Positions 49,112 through 63,211 of a stretch of 64,000 bases of DNA are shown piece by piece. The DNA lies in contig OX597837.1 of assembly GCA_951406725.2 (NCBI GenBank), forward strand, positions 47,058,001-47,122,000, read 5' to 3'. Within the stretch, counting starts at the first letter, position 1; each line of letters starts with the position of its first letter. The stretch comes from Octopus vulgaris (lineage: Eukaryota). A program made the position numbers and the translations under genes. The notes beneath the pieces were generated by a model. The model was not told the DNA's origin. It searched no databases and worked only from the letters and a program-made list of their open reading frames with translations.

Positions 49112-49349
49112 CTTGCTTATAAATTTAACTGTTAAAGGTATTTTTTTAATATGCTGGCCATTGATAACATTTTTTTGAAAAGCCAAGTTACCTGAATCAT
49201 TAAGAGCTGGCTAACCTTGCAAAGAACAGAGCAATATTGTTGATATGGTATGTGCCAAGGATCTTATGAGAGGCTCTTTATGTAGTCCCATAATTTGATA
49301 GAAGTTGCAGGCAAATGACCCCTACTGTCTTTAAGGAAGGCTTGTCCTT

Positions 49350-49575
49350 TCAGGTGCCAGTGCCACCCGTGCTGGTGCCGCATAGACACACTTGTGCCAG
49401 TGGTACATAAAAAGCATCCAACACACTTTGTTAAGTGGTTGGTATCAGGAAGAGCATCCGGCCATAGAAATAGTCGAAGTCTGAACAGCTCCCTGCTGGC
49501 CAGCTCAAAATGTCCGACGCATGTCAGCATGGAAAAGGGGTGTTAAATGATACTGCTGCTGCTGCTGATGATGAT
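49350..49575 (+). mobile_element. RTE 3'-tail repeat (diverged)
   Basis: Same consensus. Confidence 0.65.
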
Positions 49576-51387
49576 CACACACACATACACACACAAGTAT
49601 ATAATCCACTCTCACGTAATCATTTCCATCGCCCACTACACCCATGCGCGCACTCGCTTCTATGCCTATCAACGATAATAACAAAAACACTTTACAGTAA
49701 CAAGAAGTACAAAACACGAGGAAATGGATGTGGGGGTGGAGTCCCACTTGCACCAATGTCGTCTTGAGGCATGAGCATATTGGGGAGTTGCCCGGGGACC
49801 ACCTCTAGGGTCTATGGGCTTGCTGTCAAGAAATACTCAGCACAGTGCAGTGACCCGGGGCTGCTAAGACGGTCCTGACACAACATAAAATGGACAGTAT
49901 CTCTGTTCCATTTATGTGTTTCCAGTTCTTTTCTCCCGTCTTTCAAGCAAATTTAAATTTTAATAACTTTAATTACTGTAGAATAGTTGTTCACACCATT
50001 TTCGTCTGTGGACCCTTTGATCCCTTTTTCACTCGGGTGGACCCCATAGCCATTCAATGGTTAAAAAAAAAAAAAACTCTTATATTTTTATTATGAAATA
50101 TTATTAACAACTATATGAAAAAAACTTGTTAGAATATTTTGTGCGTTGGATAAGTATAAACAATTCATTGCAGATAAATTTTAACAGTAAAATCTTATAC
50201 GGACCCCCAAAAGTCACAAGAACCCCTGTTGAGAACCACCAGAGGCACGTAACACGCATACGCGCACCTACTGACGCTAAGAGACACATATACGAACACG
50301 TATTTTCTTTTACGGTTTTCAGTCATTTAACCGTTACTATAGTAGGAGATCTCCTTCAAGAATTTAGTCGACTCGGAGATTTCATCGAACTCTTTCCAAC
50401 TGTTATGTTACTGGATATAATATACAAAAACAAGCACCTGTTCTTAGACCGGTGTACTAATTGCTCTCCCTCCCTCTCTCTCTTTTTCACCTCTTTCCCT
50501 TTCTCCCGTCCTCTCTCTCTCTCTCTCTCTTACACACACATACGACGTCTAAAATAGCGAATTAAACATTAACAAGACGACATACACGCATTCATTTCAT
50601 AGTAAATAGTCGACAAAACAAGACACCCACTTTTCTTAATTTGCTCCTCTCATACACGCATATGAGTGCATATACGCACGCACACATCCATCTATAGTCG
50701 CACACGCATACGTTTATGGACACAACTAGACATACACCCTCCACACACACAGTTACACATATATACGTCTGTACTTATGTAGGTTCACGCACTTCTCGAC
50801 TCACACTCTTATGTAGATAGGCGTACAAGTTTATACATACAATAAATATCTATACAGAGGAATCTTAGCTCACATAGATATACTTACTGCCTTAAAGTAC
50901 GTATATAATACTCCGACTTTTCACGAGCAAGATATATTTGTATTACTAATATACAACATACGTATAGGACACATGGTAAATTGATACATATTTTAAATAC
51001 GCGTATGTATGTTTATATATATATATATACATATATATAGAACATCTATACACACATTCACATATTAACGCACACATGTAGACATACACACTTATTTTGA
51101 TATAAATCTCCTCTTTCTTTCTCATCATACATACATGTATGTATGTATATATATATATATAATTATACCACTTGCGAGCAAGATTTACATTAAGCACATC
51201 TAGAAACACCACGCACACAAAAGCCAAAAGTTTATGTAGGAATGGAGAGCTATGCATATACACAAAATAAAAGATTTTGTGTTTACAATGTTTTAAGTCA
51301 TGGATATAAATAAGTAATATATATATATAGTACAAAGTAAGATAGGGGTTATGGGTGTAACCCACTATGGGATAGCATTTATCCAAT

Positions 51388-51680
51388 ACTAGCAGAATCG
51401 CCCGGCGTTGCTCGGGTTTGCTTCGACCCGCTGGAATTGGAATTTTTGAAAAGTAAAAATGTTGCATTATGTAGCTTGTTATTCTCTTCAAGTGAACATT
51501 TTTCTGGTTGAAACACACCGAAAAGTGGCGAACACAGCAGTGAAAAAATCGTAAAAAATAGGGATTTTCATAGAAAAAAAGCACCTTTTTGAAGTAAATA
51601 ATTTTTGGTGTTAACATGGTCCGTTTTGAATTTTTTCTTCTAGGGAAGGAAGAGCAAGTCTTCTTCTATCAAACTCAATT
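51388..51680 (-). mobile_element. Helitron 3'-end fragment
   Basis: ACTAGCAGAATCGCCCGGCGTTGCTCGGG = reverse complement of hairpin + CTAG|T; similar ends at about 28631 and about 36290. Confidence 0.6.
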
Positions 51681-52395
51681 TTACTGTTGGTACAGAACCC
51701 ATAAGTCTTAATACATAAATGTTTTTAATTGCAATGCAATTAACTCATTTAATGTATTAAACGGATGAAGGTAAAGAAATATTTTTACCGTAAATTTATA
51801 ATACAAATAAGAAAACGGAGAAACAAAATTAATAAATAAATAAATATATATATATATATAAATATTAATTTAAAAACACAACTATGCCCCGACATGCAGA
51901 TCCACTTTTAATACACACACACATATAGGTGTATTACACACGCTTAATTATACCCACCAGAAAGCAACTGCTAACTTTTTTTGAACACATCAACATTTAA
52001 CACGACACACAACTCATTTTACACACACAGCACAAACACAAAACACACACACGTCCCACTCACACACTACATATCTACACACACACACACATAACACAAC
52101 ACAAAAGCCGACAGTTTTGTACAGAAAGAAGGACGGTGAGCTGTGCTACCATCGTTCGTGTTTAACACTCTACCTTCTAAGCTCCAACTTTCTCTGTTGT
52201 TTCTCTCATTACCTCCGCGCACCCCCCGTCATCCACATCTATTTATCTCGCCACATAACTCATCATCATCATCGTCAACATCGTCGTTAATTGCAAGCAC
52301 CGCCTCTCTCTCTTCTTCTGTCGTTGTTTGTTTACAAATTTGGATAACTTTAAAAATAAACAACAAACAAAACTTGTAAACCAACAAAACTGGAA

Positions 52396-52431
52396 ATGTT
52401 GGTGAGAAACGTAAAACTGGTCTTCTTCGGG
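52396..52431 (+). CDS. Putative first coding exon of an unidentified gene (MLVRNVKLVFFG)
   Basis: ATG, 12 codons and a perfect GG|GTAAGT donor after about 250 nt of unique, CpG-containing UTR-like sequence; no downstream exon identified in the window. Confidence 0.35.
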
Positions 52432-52529
52432 GTAAGTACTCTAATGCTACTAATACTACAACTAGGAGTAATAGTGCTGCTTCTGGCAGATGCATGAACA
52501 TCACAACTTCTCGTTTTGCTACATATATA

Positions 52530-52810
52530 GGTACTACTTGAGAACAGTGGTCCCGGTGCGCGCACTCGCGTACTCGCGCTAGCTAGTCGTGACTAGTCGA
52601 TCTTTACTTTGTGTTAGTTACTTTGTTTAAAAAATTATTTACTTTGTGTTTTTGTGTTTTATTTACTTTGTTTAACAAAAATGATTTATTTCGTGTTTTA
52701 TTTACTTTGCTAGGTGGTAGTCGTTGTAGGATCGACTAGTAACGACTAGCTAGCGCGGATGCGCGACTACGCGAGTGCGCGCACCGGGACCACTGTTCTC
52801 AAATGGTACC
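52530..52810. mobile_element. Merlin-like MITE with 8-bp TSD
   Basis: CATATATA|GGTAC...GTACC|CATATATA; about 70-bp TIRs; GGNRM termini + 8-bp TSD are Merlin hallmarks. Confidence 0.85.
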
Positions 52811-53621
52811 CATATATATCTGACCGTAGTGTTTTTTTTTATTGTAAACGATCATTGTTGTTGTTGCTCTGTTTTACTGGTTAATTAATTAACATTGTCT
52901 TTTGTTCTAATTGTTAGGAAAAGGCATTAATGTCACCACGACTCGCTCTCTCTCTTCTTCCATCACCTCCTTCATTTATACTTTCTTCTATTCTCTAAAA
53001 GTTCTGTTTCCCAAAATTTCATCATCATCATCATCATAAGCACATACACAAACCTCGTTCAATCGATACTATACAAGATTGATTTTCAAGTCGATGCTGA
53101 AAATCGAACCACGGCCCCTGGGACGACGAAATTCTGTTTACCGGGAACTGGGTTGGAAACACGGATAATTGTCTTCATGATTGCTGATGACATCTGCCTT
53201 ACATCTGTGTGTGTGTGTCTGTGTGTTATGTATGTATTTGAGTATAATGTTATATGCTTCATTTCATTTTATCAAACTGGGCCACTGTACGTTAGTATCA
53301 TCCATGTATGTATGTATGTGACGGTCTTCATTTTGTTCTAGATACCCCAGCTGGAGCAATGCTTGTATGTGTATACGTATGCACGAAGGTCTGTGTGTGC
53401 ATGTTTGAATGCATGTTTCCGCAGTTTCTTCATTTCTACCTTGCTATACTGGTCTTTATTTGAGAAGCCAATGTATACATATGTATATTATGTATGTTGA
53501 GGCGCACACACAAAACATTATTCATGTATCTTGACGAACATTCTATTCATTTTTATGTGCCTCTTGGTCTTCCATCGTCTAACAGTGAAAAGTTTCTTTA
53601 CTTTCGAAATAATTACACGCA

Positions 53622-53656
<35 letters not shown>

Positions 53657-55206
53657 GCATGCATAGGTTCGTACGAAGCATTTCTATTTGGTACAGCTTT
53701 TGGAAATTTTGAGGGTGATAGAAAGAAAAGGCCCATCTGAGTGGTTGAGATGATGAAATAATAACTCTATGGTATCGAGTCTGAGAGTTATTAAAAACTT
53801 CCTCTCTGCTGATCTCAATTTCTTCTGAAGTGCAACGCAAATATTTGTTTATGTTGCATATTGTTATTGTTTCGACCCCTTGTCATGTAATCGGCCCCGA
53901 CCTTATCAAAGACTCTCCAACCGTCAGCATTTATCGATAACATTTTTCGTCAATCAACTATCTACATTTATTGACCGACAATGTAATACTTCGTTATTTA
54001 TTTAAAAAAAATAAGTGTGTGATAATAGAGATTTGGTTGTTATTTCTTGCACTCGGAGCGATCCCTGAAGTGTTTTTCATTCTGTTTTAGTAAATTCCTT
54101 CAAATCTGGAATCTATGTCCGCACACAATTGACCTCAGTACGTGACTCGAACTTCAGTTATTTGACTCCAGTGGGATGAATGGCAAAGTTTTGAGTCTTC
54201 GAATTATAGTTCCTTTCACGTTAAGATTATATAAATCCGCTCAATACTTAACAGGTATTTTATTTAATCGATACTCAGATGGATGAAGGGTAAAGTTGAC
54301 CGTGGCGGGGGGGGGGGGTCGGGTGTTGGAACTAAACGATTCTGCATCTCCACTGCCTTCGATATTGAAAGATTCCTGACAAATAGCGCAAATACATACA
54401 CAAAAATAGCCAATTCTCCCTCAAATCACACCATTACATGTCTTTAGAAAAAGATACATTTGATGATGTGGACCTAGTATATCAGGAAAAAAAAAAGACG
54501 AAGTGGTCATGGACGGGACGTCTTTTATCATAGTTCTTTCTCCATAGGAACTGATCTGGGGCAAATTTATCTGAGATATTTGGATTATGATATATATTTC
54601 GAAAAAAAAAGAATTGCCCACGGATGGTTTCAATTCAGTTTTAACAGAAAGATTTGGAAGAATTAGGTGAAAGTTCTCCGGTAATTTTTTTCCTGTGAAT
54701 CGGATCAACCTTCTTTCCTTACATATTTATCCCGTTTGTACGGATGGATGTGTGCTGTTTAGTCCTAGGTTAACCCCCAGGCAAGGCAAAGGGTCATGAC
54801 CATTCCGCATTTATTACTTTTTTTTTTGTTTTCAGACAAATGTAATTAGGATAACATTGCCTGACGTGGGAAAGTCCCTTTTATTAAGGCGAGTGCAGTG
54901 CGTGTTGGGAGCTGCTATTTCTAGTATACCGAGCAACCACTTAGAGGGTTCTCTTGTATCACGAACGAATCGTCATTAAAGATATAGTATAGTGTGAGCT
55001 GAGGGTAACTGGTAACTATTTCTAATAACCCAAGCAATCAACCACTTAGAGGGGCTCTCTTGTGTCTCGAATGAATTAACTCCAGGTCGCCCCCGATCGA
55101 GCAAATATATAATCAGACATACCAGCTGTAAACATTTTGTCTTTTTCAGGGATGTTTGGCACTATATTATTTATTATATATAATTTCACTCGCTCTAAAT
55201 AATCTA

Positions 55207-55258
<52 letters not shown>

Positions 55259-57789
55259 AATTATTATTTGAGGGAATATTATTCCTAACTTACAGGGAAA
55301 TTTTTATATATATAATTTATATACTTATATATATATATATATATATATATATGAATGTATATATTGTATAGCTATAACATATTGATAAATATATACACTA
55401 TTATATAGGCTTCTATCTGTGTGAATTGTGTTCACAGGCGCGTGAATGTGTGTATGTGAGAGGGAGGGAGGGAGAGAGTGAGATGTTGGCTTTAAGACAA
55501 AGAAGTTTAATTTAGATGGCGGGTAAAGTTGTGGAAGCTCATAGCCTGAAACCCTCTGTATATATTAGTGGAGATAATGATTTTGAACTGGAAATAATTA
55601 CAACTGATCCATTAATGTCTTGGGAAAAGTCGGCATCAATAATCATGACCTCTTATTTTCTTCTTTGTGTTTTTTTTTTGGTTTCTTTCTCTGAAAAAGA
55701 AATAAAACCAAGTTTCCTGTACTTTTTGAGAAACCTCTAATGTGGTGTTGTTTCGGCTTCGGTCAAATTGCTGAACCAGTCCACAAGCATTTCTCTCCAA
55801 TTAAAGCATAACTAATGTTCTTCTTAAAGACATGATCTCCGCCACAACATCCCGCTTTGCTCCTGTACAACAGAAACTTGAAATGTCCAGTAATTTTTAT
55901 TAAATCTATTATGGTAGTAATTAATAATGGTGGTGATAAAATAATGATAATGTAATTATAATGATATTAATACTTATAATAGTTACCACAGTAGCAATCG
56001 CAGGCAATAATTAACTCGGGGAGACATCGATGTTTAACAGGAAAGAAACCAAAACTTAGGTGGACATGTCCTATCGTCTATCAGCAAAAAGCACCGTATT
56101 GACAGTCTTGTAGCTTTGTAAATTTTTACTGTCTTGCTGAATTGACTTTATAGATTATTTAGGTAAAAATTGAAATATGTTTAGACAAGAACATGAAATT
56201 TTATTTCCAAATCAATAAAACAGTAGACACTGAGTTTAATAGCTTCAAACCAAAACTTTGTACATTTACATGTTTTACAATATTCTCTTTTATACGTCGT
56301 CGCCAGACTTATTAGTAATCGACTAAGCACTTGTTTACGAACTTAAATCCCCTTTATATATATTTTTTGACTTTCTGCAAGTTACAGCTACTTCTACCAT
56401 TTTACCTAATCTTCGACAGACGAAGCCAACAACGGCATAAACTCCCCCAGTCACTTTTCGTTGTAAAAATAAGTGTAATACGCTACTTAAATATGTCCAT
56501 TTAATTTTTGTTTGTACATATGATTATAAATAAAGCAACCCACGTTAGTATGCGTGTGTGTGTGATGTATGTATGTTACACGTCTCTCAGTCTGTCTGCC
56601 TATGTGTATATATGTGTGTGTGTGTGTTCTACTCTTTTTTTCGGTATTTGTCAACGTATCTCGTTTGCTGGAAATAACGTACAACTGCTGTGCTGACGAC
56701 GCCTATTGAGTCAGAAACGCAAAACCGCAGCTGTCCTCGTGGTGTCAGTTTTGGAGATTTCTTGATTCTTGAAATTGGCAATCTTTCGTTTTGACTCGAA
56801 GGCGTGCGCGCGCAGCTCAGCTGTTACCATACTGCGTTCGGTAAATTCCGTAAAAACTTTTTTTTATTAATTTTTGTAGCTGGATATGTACATTTCGTTT
56901 GAAGTCAGCATAAAGTGAAAGAGAGAGAAAATGGACAGGGACTCTTTCACTCTGTCTTTCCCTCCCTCTCTCTCTCTCTCTCACACACACACATAAAACA
57001 CATGTATGCATATGTATTTATGTATGTACGTGTGTGTATGGCAGATAGTGGGTGTACGTATGCTTGTGTGCGTGTGTGGCTGATCCTTGCCGTTTTACAC
57101 ATACATAACACCTCTCTCTCTCTCTTTCTCTCAATCACTCACACACTCTTTAAAAAGAGATGCGAGAAATGCTAAATAAAAAAACAAAAAAATTACACTA
57201 TTACTCTCTCTCTCTCTCTCTGTCTCACACACAATAACACACTTTCTCTTTTTATGATAACACACACTTCTCTCTCAATCAATTAATTACTCAAAAAAGA
57301 TGCGAGGAAAAATTTTAAAAAATGCATGCTGTCACTCTCCCTCACACGCACACACACACACACACACACACAGAACAACACCTTTCTGTCCACCCCTCAT
57401 CAACATATACACACATCCCTGTCCATTTTCTCTCTCTTTCACTTTATGCTGACATCAAACGAAATGCATACATTTCCACCCACAAACATAAATAAATAAA
57501 CACCTTTTACGGGTATTTACCAAGCGCTGTACCTCCACAGCTCATTGGGTCAGCTGTGTCTTTAACAAGTCTGCAAGTTATATCGAAACATCACCAAATT
57601 ATCTCCCCTTCTCACCTGGAGTCAGTACCAAGTGAAATAAAGCAATTAGTCGACCCTCTGGAAGCAGTAATAATAACGTGACAGTCCCATAAAGGGAATC
57701 ACACCACCGCTATTTAGCCCTAGGAAGCATCAACGCTTCCTGTCAGCCTTGACACATTTCCTGTGTCCTTTTGTTTACAAGGGGGAGAT

Positions 57790-58030
57790 AAGCACCCCCA
57801 TCCAGCTAAGCCTGCACCCAGAGACATGTTTCTGAGTTTTTGCTCATCATCAGTCTGGAGTAGCAATGGCCTGCTAGCTGAAGATACCTGTCTAGACTTT
57901 GTAAACCTATAATGTCAGTGAAATGGTATATTGGACCACCCGAAGCAGCTGCATCCATTGTGGGATCTTCAGTCCATGAAAGAACAGCCACAATAATGAG
58001 GCTGCAAATTCATCTCTCTGATGAACAAAG
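57790..58030 (-). mobile_element. RTE/RTEX-like LINE C-terminal remnant
   Basis: RYLQLAGHCYSR...LWVQ resembles the RLxLAGHCxR motif. Confidence 0.55.
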
Positions 58031-58037
58031 AACATTG

Positions 58038-58407
58038 CTCGTGCCAGTGGCACATAAAAGGGCACCATTCGAGTGCCCGTGCTAGTAGGGTGCCAAGAGC
58101 ACCATCCGAGCGTGATCGTTACCAATGTCGCCTTACTGGCACCTGTGCCGGTGGCATGTAAAAAGATTCGAGCGAGGTCATTGCCAGTACCGCCTGACTG
58201 GCCCTGTGCCAGTGGCACGAAAAAAGCACCCACTACACTCCCAGAGTGGTTGGCGTTAGGAAGGGCATCCAGCTGTAGAAACTCTGCCAGATCAAGATTG
58301 GAGCCTGGTGTGGCCATCTGGTTCGCCAGTCCTCAGTCAAAATCGTCCAACCCATGCCAGCATGGAAAGCGGACGTTAAACGATGATGATGATGATGATG
58401 ATGATGA
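58038..58407 (+). mobile_element. RTE 3'-tail repeat
   Basis: Same consensus, (GAT)n tail. Confidence 0.85.
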
Positions 58408-58789
58408 CTGTCAATGAACAACATTTGAGAACAACATTGATGGAATTCTTTTCACTGTGCATCAATAATGACTTTGCAAAAACATTATTTAATGCTGAAG
58501 TACCAAAGTATTTCACTTGAAACCGGAGTAACAAAGAATGGCAAAGAAAGAAGCAAGAAAACAAGTTGAAGGCCATTCAAACGTTTTCAAAGAAGAAACA
58601 CTTGGTCATGCTTTTGTTGTCAGACTGAAGCCAAGAGAACTGTGTTGCTTAAGAAATCCATTGCATCAAGTTTGAAATAGTATTGTTTTCCTTTCCCGCT
58701 GTGCATCAACATTTTCAACTTGGAGTGGTTATGACCCAATGGGTCATGGCAGGTACATCTAGTTAACTTTAAGGCTCAAACCCTTGCCC

Positions 58790-59170
58790 CTACACCTGAA
58801 AGACCAAACTGCATCTCTAGGTTAACTCTCTTCTTAATTAGTTGAACTATGACCCTTTCTGTAACTGTTCTCACCTGGTCCAGCAATTTGATCCCTCTGT
58901 CTGAGGCATCTCCTTTACCTGTTTAGTAGTTGGCCATAATGCTGTTACGCCAGTGGTTGGGTGTGGCACTTTCTTGGACTACCTGATTAACTATGCGTGT
59001 GACCAGCCCATACCACTGTCCACCCAGTATTTTAAGCATGTTGGCAGCAATTCCTGTTGGACCAGGGACTTTCCCCATCTTCATATTCTTGATTGCTTTA
59101 TCTGTCATACTGCTGTCAACCCTGGTAGCCAATACCTCTTTTGGTTCCACATTTCAAACACTCTCCTTCT
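58790..59170 (-). mobile_element. RTE LINE RT N-terminal fragment
   Basis: KAIKNMKMGKVPGPTGIAANMLK...PNHWRNS...GKGDA..RGIKLL. Confidence 0.85.
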
Positions 59171-60239
59171 CCTATAGGCATTCTCATATATATATATATA
59201 TATATATATATGTAGGCCCAGACATGGCTGTGTGCTTGTATCCTTCTTCCCACTGTTTGAAAAGTGGTGTTGGTTTGTTGATGTCTCTGTTTCGACAAAA
59301 GAGAGCAATAGACTTAAAAAATAAGTACTATGGGTAATCGGTTTGACTAAAACTGTACAAGATGGTGTCCCACCATGGCTGCACTGCAGAGACTGAAACA
59401 AGTAAGAGATAAAAGAAAATGAGAGAGAGAGAGAGAGAGAGAGTACACTCTTTACTCTCTCGGCTGATAAAGTGCTATTTTACTTGCTGAAGCCTTACCA
59501 CCTAATATATATGTATATTCTTTTATTTGTTTCAGTCATTTGACTGCGGCTATGCTGGAGCACCGCCTTTAGTCGGAGGAAATGGCCCCCGGACTTATTC
59601 TTTGTAAGCTTACTACTTATTCTATCGGTCTCTTTTGTCGAACCACTAATTTTCACGGACGTAAACACACCAACATTGGTTGTCAAGTGATGGTAGGGGG
59701 ACAGTAAAAACGTCTCCCTAAATCAAGAGCTAAGTTTCTTATCACATTTCAGCCCGGGGCCAATTTCGTTGTTTCTGAGCTCATTGGAGCTTTTTACGAG
59801 AGTAATTGATATTCATTGGACTTTGGTTTTCAGACCTGGAATGCCACAATCATGGAAAGTTAGTGGGACTGTGCACATACCATCAGTCGGACAAAAAAGG
59901 AGGCAGAAAAAAGCGAAAAACTTGAATTTGGCCGCAAAATAGCAGGATTTTGAAAATACACATAAATCTCATTTGTTGGGGTTTGGTTTCACACATGTGT
60001 GACACCCATGTTTGCCAAGATGTGACAGCCTCACATACTGGTGTGTGAGATGTGTATCACAATGTGTCTGAGTGCTGTGGTATGTGGTGTCCATGTGTGC
60101 AGCAGTGTTTTTTCTTAGAATTACATTTTTCTGTCTTTGTCTCAGTAACCACTAATTTACAACTCCTAAACTAGACTAAACACTGCAGACTGTACTAAGG
60201 AGATCTAAAACCAACTGTATTGTCTACTAAATACACAAA

Positions 60240-61390
60240 CACTCCTACTCAATTATTGCTTCTGTTGAAGACAAACCACAGGATGGGAGGCCATCAGCTG
60301 CTACTGCTGACATAAATTGCCAGCAAGTGGACAAAATTGATTCCTGCAGACAGATGAGTCATAACCCTCGTGGTCTCAATGCATTACAGGAGATGGTGAA
60401 AAGCTTTAAGTATCAAAAAGTGTGTACAAATTGGATACCTTGCTGGTGGACACATGATTCAAAGGAGAGAGAGGGAGAGAGAGAGAGAAGTGGAAGTCTG
60501 CTCCAATCTACTGGAATTATTTGAAGTTAATGGAAAGACATTTCTTTTTGATCTGGTGGTGAAATGTGGGGCATATTTTTATAATTAAGCAACTGAACTC
60601 AGTCCATGCAATGGAACGTACCTATTTCCCAAGGCCTAAGAAGTTTCAACAGCCAGCACAGAAAGTCATAGTGACTTCTTTATATGGGTGGCATGAATGT
60701 CATTCTCCTTAACTTTTCTGAAAAATAGTTGCATTGTGAACAGCAAGTGATGCATTGAAATACTCAAAAAGTATAGAAAAGCCATTATGAGTAAGAGACC
60801 CAAGAAGAATCTGAGAACAGTTCACATTGATCGTAACAATGTTTGATCACACATATCCTGGGCCGAAAGTCAGGCAATGAGCAAACTGGGCTGATTAGTG
60901 GGCCATTGTCCACCATACAGCCTGGATGTGGTCCCTTCACACTTTCACTTGTTTGACCGAAAGAAGGATGTTTGGAGATGATTTGGTAACACAGACGAGG
61001 TGAAAGGGACAGTGAAGAAGTGGGTAACACAGGACATAACTGGATTTTTTTTTGAAAGTGGATTTGAGAGTTGAGTTGAATAATGGCCCAAATGCATCAC
61101 TTGTGATGAAGACTGTAGAATGGAACCTTTCTAGAGAAGGAAAAGTGACTCTCACCAACATGTGCAATTTGAACACTCATCATCATCATTATCATCGTTT
61201 AACGTCCGCTTCCCATGCTAGCATGGGTTGAACGGTTCGACCGGGGTCTGGGAAACCAGGAGGCTGCACCAGGCTCCAGTCTGATCTGGCAGTGTTTCTA
61301 CAGCTGGATGCCCTTCCTAATGCCAATCTATGTCAATTAATAAAATGGCTATGTCCACTTCGGCATTACTTTTGGTATAACCTCTGTGTA
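60240..61390 (+). mobile_element. Old mariner remnant interrupted by an RTE tail at 61178-61326
   Basis: YQKVCTNWIP (KVCARWVP-like), SPRPKKF and degenerate PPYSPD region; many stops. Confidence 0.65.
61178..61326 (-). mobile_element. RTE 3'-tail repeat nested in mariner remnant
   Basis: Same consensus. Confidence 0.8.
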
Positions 61391-62079
61391 TGCGTGTGAG
61401 TGAGTGCACATACACATGCACACACACACACACACACACAACCATACACTGTGCTACATTTTAGGAAATTGATCTGGCAGTCCTTATATATATATAAACA
61501 TACACTCACGCATATATACACTCAGACACATACATATCCCCCCTCTGTGTGTGTGTCTGTGTGTGTGTAAGCTGGTTTTATTTACTGTCAGTGCAATGTT
61601 ATATTTTGTTTGTTCCACCATTTACCCCCACCCCACCCCACCCTCCTCCTTACCACTACCACTTCCACCATTCCAACCATCCCCACCATCGCTATCACTT
61701 CACCTGTCTCAGTTATCTTCACCCTCCCCCCCCCCAGTCCTTACTTCCCCCTCGGTAGTTTATATTTTCTGGGTCAGAGTGTAAAATGGACTTTCTGCAT
61801 CCTGATTTTTTTTCTCTCTTAACACACACACACATGAATACACATACAGGTTTGCTTGTGTGTATCTACCCATGTGTGTGTGTGTGTGTGTGTGTGTATC
61901 AGTGTTACTGTATTGATGGTTTTTTTGTGTGTTTTTGTATGTAGTATATAGGTTTGCATACAACTATCTGTGCGTGTGTATGTGTGTGTGTGTTTATGCC
62001 AATGTATATTTGTATGGATGGATGTATTTCTTTTGATTTTTTTTTTTTTTGCATATGTAAATATGAAGTGATATTTTGA

Positions 62080-62111
<32 letters not shown>

Positions 62112-62270
62112 CTTGAGTGTGTTTCATTGTTTGTGAATATGAGGGTGGGTGTGCCTGAGTGTTTTCTTTGTGTGTGTGTGTGTGTGTGTGTGTTAGCAAA
62201 TAGGTTTTTCATATGTGTATATGTATGTAAAAAAGAGGGAGGAATGAGAGAAACAGAGAGTAAGAGAGGG

Positions 62271-62310
<40 letters not shown>

Positions 62311-62991
62311 CAGGAGAGAGAGAAAGAGATATTAGTAAAAAGATGTGTGGTTACAATGACATATTCTGTTGTGTCTGGGGAGAGTCAGTTTCTTTTTGTG
62401 CCTTATTAATCCAAAAACGAAGTACAATGACATAATTTACTGCTAAATATAGACTGAGCAGGGAATAGTCATGTCATTAGTATGTGTGTGTGTGTCTGTG
62501 TGTCTCTGGGTATGCGTGTACAGTAACCCCCCCCCTCACCGTACCGTGGTGGTTCACCCATTGTTGATTCCTCCTTTGTGTGGTTTTACATTTATAATAA
62601 AATAAATACATACAAATTATAAAAATAATTAAAATAATATATACAGAACTGTTTCTACTTTGCTGATTTTTACCTGTTGTGGCTGGGTTTTGGAATGTAA
62701 CACCTGTGATAGTCGAGGGATTACTGTGTGTGTGTGTGTTTCAGGGAGTCTATATACATTCCTGTAGTGTGTGTGTGTGTCTGAGTGATGTCAACATGGA
62801 AAGCATAGATGATGATGATGATGATGTATAACATGCTGAGTTAGATATTTGTGCAAGTTCACTTTTGGTGATTAATTTAAACTTAGAATTCATGCTCTTG
62901 GGGGTTTGTGGATGTCTGAAATGATTGAAGTGTGTGCATATATGTATGTGTCTACATGATACTATGAGTATCATGTACACACATACATGTA

Positions 62992-63180
62992 GCATAGGAG
63001 TGGCTGTGTGGTAAGTAGCTTGCTTACCAACCACATGGTTCTGGGTTCAGTCCCACTGCATGGCACCTTGGGCAAGTGTCTTCTACTACAGCTTCAGGCC
63101 AACCAAACTACTACAGCTTCGGGCCAACCAAAGCCTTGTGAGTGGATTTGGTAGACGGAAACTGAAAGAAGCCTGTCGTA

Positions 63181-63211
<31 letters not shown>

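Noticed and set aside
50946-51617. 223-aa minus-strand ORF
   Set aside because: Runs through a Helitron end and TA/CA microsatellites; composition is repeat-derived.
55516-55740. ORF after tttag (MAGKVV...) considered as exon 2 for the 52396 exon
   Set aside because: Does not complete a GxxxxGK P-loop, has a weak acceptor tract and no clear donor.
56692-56750. CTGACGA...GAAAC hammerhead-like boxes
   Set aside because: Stem II does not pair and there is no NUH triplet or stem III.
62992-63070. tRNA-like A/B boxes (also at 4535, 10995, 14394, 44413)
   Set aside because: SINE heads; no complete cloverleaf, so not called as tRNA genes.
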